Source of the DNA: a virus
Lineage: Duplodnaviria; Caudoviricetes
Direction: 5' to 3' (one strand)
Virus record (IMG/VR): IMGVR_UViG_3300021335_000015
Span: 1 to 62,215 of that record
DNA length: 62,215 nt
Part shown: in pieces, positions 60,340 to 62,215 of the stretch
Layout of the letters: each line of letters opens with the position of its first letter
How positions within the stretch are numbered: the stretch's first letter is position 1
Program-made: the position numbers and the translations under genes
Notes under the pieces: model-generated
What the model was told of the DNA's origin: nothing
The model's database searches: none
Seen by the model: the letters and a program-made list of their open reading frames with translations, nothing else

Positions 60340-60713
60340 GTCCATTTGACTTTTTAAACAGCATTAACAGTACCAAGGTAAATTTACTCGATAAGGATCC
60401 GGAAAATATCAACCAATACAACAGTTTCCTAGTGAATAGGTCGCTGTCGTACTTTCCAGATACTGTGTTAATTAGTAACGAAATGAACAGGTTGCATCAC
60501 GTAGATGCGAGACTTCAATACGACTTTCTTATAAATATTGTAAGAAAGAAAAAACGTTTCTCGAAATGGGATAAGCCCCAGAGTACAGATATCGAGTGTA
60601 TCAAAGAGTATTACGGATATAGCGATTCCAAAGCGAAGCAGATTATTGGACTCTTAACCTCGGCACAATTACAAGAACTCAAAAATAAGGTTAACAAAGG
60701 TGGAAGAGAATAA
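60336..60713 (+). CDS. gp62: Clamp loader small subunit gp62
   Basis: FLVNRSLSYFPD, RKKKRFSKW, IKEYYGYS. Confidence 0.92.
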   Translation: MSPFDFLNSINSTKVNLLDKDPENINQYNSFLVNRSLSYFPDTVLISNEMNRLHHVDARLQYDFLINIVRKKKRFSKWDKPQSTDIECIKEYYGYSDSKAKQIIGLLTSAQLQELKNKVNKGGRE

Positions 60714-61110
60714 TCTAGTTCAATGGAACTCAGAGATGATGTTAGAGATCACCCTAGCAGAACCTGATGATTTCCTAAAAGTTAGAGAAACACTTACCCG
60801 TATAGGGGTTGCTTCACGTCGTGACAACACCCTATTCCAATCGTGCCATATCCTACACAAACAGGGTAGGTACTTTATCGTCCATTTCAAGGAACTGTTT
60901 TTACTGGACGGTAAGAAGTCAAACTTAGAAACGACGGACATGGAACGTCGTAACACGATCGCAACCCTTCTACAGGATTGGGGTCTAGTGTCAATCGTAA
61001 ACCCAGAAGTTGCACAAGATTGCGCTCCTATGCGACAGATTAAAATTATCTCGTATAAGGAAAAGTCAAAGTGGAATCTGCAACCGAAATACAACATCGG
61101 TAATAACTAA
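60700..61110 (+). CDS. regA: Translational repressor RegA
   Basis: DDFLKVRETLTRIG, CHILHKQGRYFIVHFKELF. Confidence 0.96.
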   Translation: MEENNLVQWNSEMMLEITLAEPDDFLKVRETLTRIGVASRRDNTLFQSCHILHKQGRYFIVHFKELFLLDGKKSNLETTDMERRNTIATLLQDWGLVSIVNPEVAQDCAPMRQIKIISYKEKSKWNLQPKYNIGNN

Positions 61111-61652
61111 TGGCGAAAGAATATTATGATATTTTTGAAGGTCGCGATGATTACATCCGCGACAAAATTCCATTCGTAGGTCGACTCCCGTTCGATATGG
61201 AGTCGACTTATGGTTGGAACGAGTTCATGGAAATGATGGACTCGCACCCAGATGAACTCTACGATCGAAACTCAGACAAGATGCGTATCGGTTTAAACTC
61301 TTTTCATTCTCGTGGCAGTGCGCCAGAGTTTGCGAAGAACATCTACGAAGAAATGCAAGAAGTCTTTACGCTTCACGAGAACAAGATCACTAACATTGCG
61401 TTTAGTGGGTTTGGCCGTGCTAGCGGATCCTACCCTTGGCATAAGGATTCAATGGACGTGTTCTTGGTTCAGGTTATCTCTACAGTGGGTCTCAAGGTAG
61501 AACACATAAACAACGAGGAACCTTTTGATTTCGAACCAGGCATGTTTGTCTACCTACCAAGGGGCACTCACCACCAAGTATTCCCAAGAGTGTCTCGCGT
61601 TTCTTTCTCGTTCGGTGTGGAGGGTGGTCCGGACCCATCTAAGTACTACTAA
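61110..61652 (+). CDS. JmjC/cupin-type Fe(II)/2OG oxygenase
   Basis: WHKDSMDVFLVQ (HxD) and PGMFVYLPRGTHH. Confidence 0.75.
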   Translation: MAKEYYDIFEGRDDYIRDKIPFVGRLPFDMESTYGWNEFMEMMDSHPDELYDRNSDKMRIGLNSFHSRGSAPEFAKNIYEEMQEVFTLHENKITNIAFSGFGRASGSYPWHKDSMDVFLVQVISTVGLKVEHINNEEPFDFEPGMFVYLPRGTHHQVFPRVSRVSFSFGVEGGPDPSKYY

Positions 61653-61662
61653 GGAAATTCTC

Positions 61663-61908
61663 ATGTCTGGTAAAAACGTTGTTTCGTTATCAGAAGTCTT
61701 GAAAAGAAAACAGGATAAAGAGAAAGAACTTGAAATGTATCGAAGACATCTCTCAATGATTGAAGACCGAATGGCCTTCCTAGAGATGGATCGAAAAGTT
61801 ACGACGGAAATCATCGAGATGATCGAGAATGATTCCGTTGTAGTCGTTGACGATTCTCTACCTATTATACGTATAGATGATGACGACTATGATGACCTAG
61901 ATGATTGA
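61663..61908 (+). CDS. Small coiled-coil hypothetical protein
   Basis: ATG after AAGGA; acidic tail. Confidence 0.6.
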   Translation: MSGKNVVSLSEVLKRKQDKEKELEMYRRHLSMIEDRMAFLEMDRKVTTEIIEMIENDSVVVVDDSLPIIRIDDDDYDDLDD

Positions 61909-62027
61909 ATAGTGAAATATTTACACATCTAGTGTTACCTTTATACTCATAACGAGTATATATACTATCGACCTGCCATATAAATGGGGGTTATTTAAAA
62001 ACTTGCTTACTATTAAGGAGTCACAAC

Positions 62028-62215
62028 ATGACATTAACAGCAAAACAACTGTTCCCACGTTCAGCATTCGTCGGATTTGATACTATGATCGACGAATTGG
62101 ATAGAGTCGCACGACACTCGGGTGATACGTTCCCCCCGCATAATATTCTAAAGACGGGAGAGGATCAATACCTAATCGAGTTAGCAGTCGCAGGATTCAC
62201 TGAAGACGAGCTCGA
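62028..62215 (+). CDS. hsp20: Small heat shock protein Hsp20 (3'-truncated)
   Basis: FVGFDTM...FPPHNILK...YLIELAVAGF after an AAGGAG SD; not in the ORF track. Confidence 0.88.
   Translation, partial: MTLTAKQLFPRSAFVGFDTMIDELDRVARHSGDTFPPHNILKTGEDQYLIELAVAGFTEDEL

Noticed and set aside
61920-61947. Possible promoter TTTACA-16-TATACT before hsp20
   Set aside because: Weak match with non-optimal spacing in AT-rich sequence

Overview
A 62-kb, almost entirely + strand segment of a large T4-like myovirus (marine T4-like/Kyanoviridae-style gene order). Order: baseplate (gp7 C-terminus, gp8, VrlC/DUF4815-like), a large fibre region (about 1.5-38 kb), neck/tail/packaging/head genes gp13-gp23 and gp3, then uvsY, uvsW, gp55, gp47, gp46, gp45, gp44, gp62, regA and a truncated Hsp20. 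Accessory genes: alternative oxidase, TagD-like cytidylyltransferase, a GT-A glycosyltransferase, three Fe(II) oxygenase-like proteins, tRNA-Thr(UGU) and a degenerate tRNA-Gly-like RNA. Transcription signals are T4-type late promoters (TATAAATA) and consensus sigma70 promoters. Main finding: the 1671-aa protein at 21117-26132 is self-complementary at the protein level. Two arms of exactly 650 aa, built of tetrapeptide units, flank an 84-aa tip domain and match unit-for-unit in mirror order (R-x-S/T-x opposite F/Y-x-G-x, with 2-residue insertions and duplications mirrored). This implies a giant antiparallel hairpin fibre with a pairing code. A second protein (16391-20494) follows the same code, and a glycosyltransferase/oxygenase operon lies directly downstream. 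All assignments come from reading the sequence by eye; no database searches were run.
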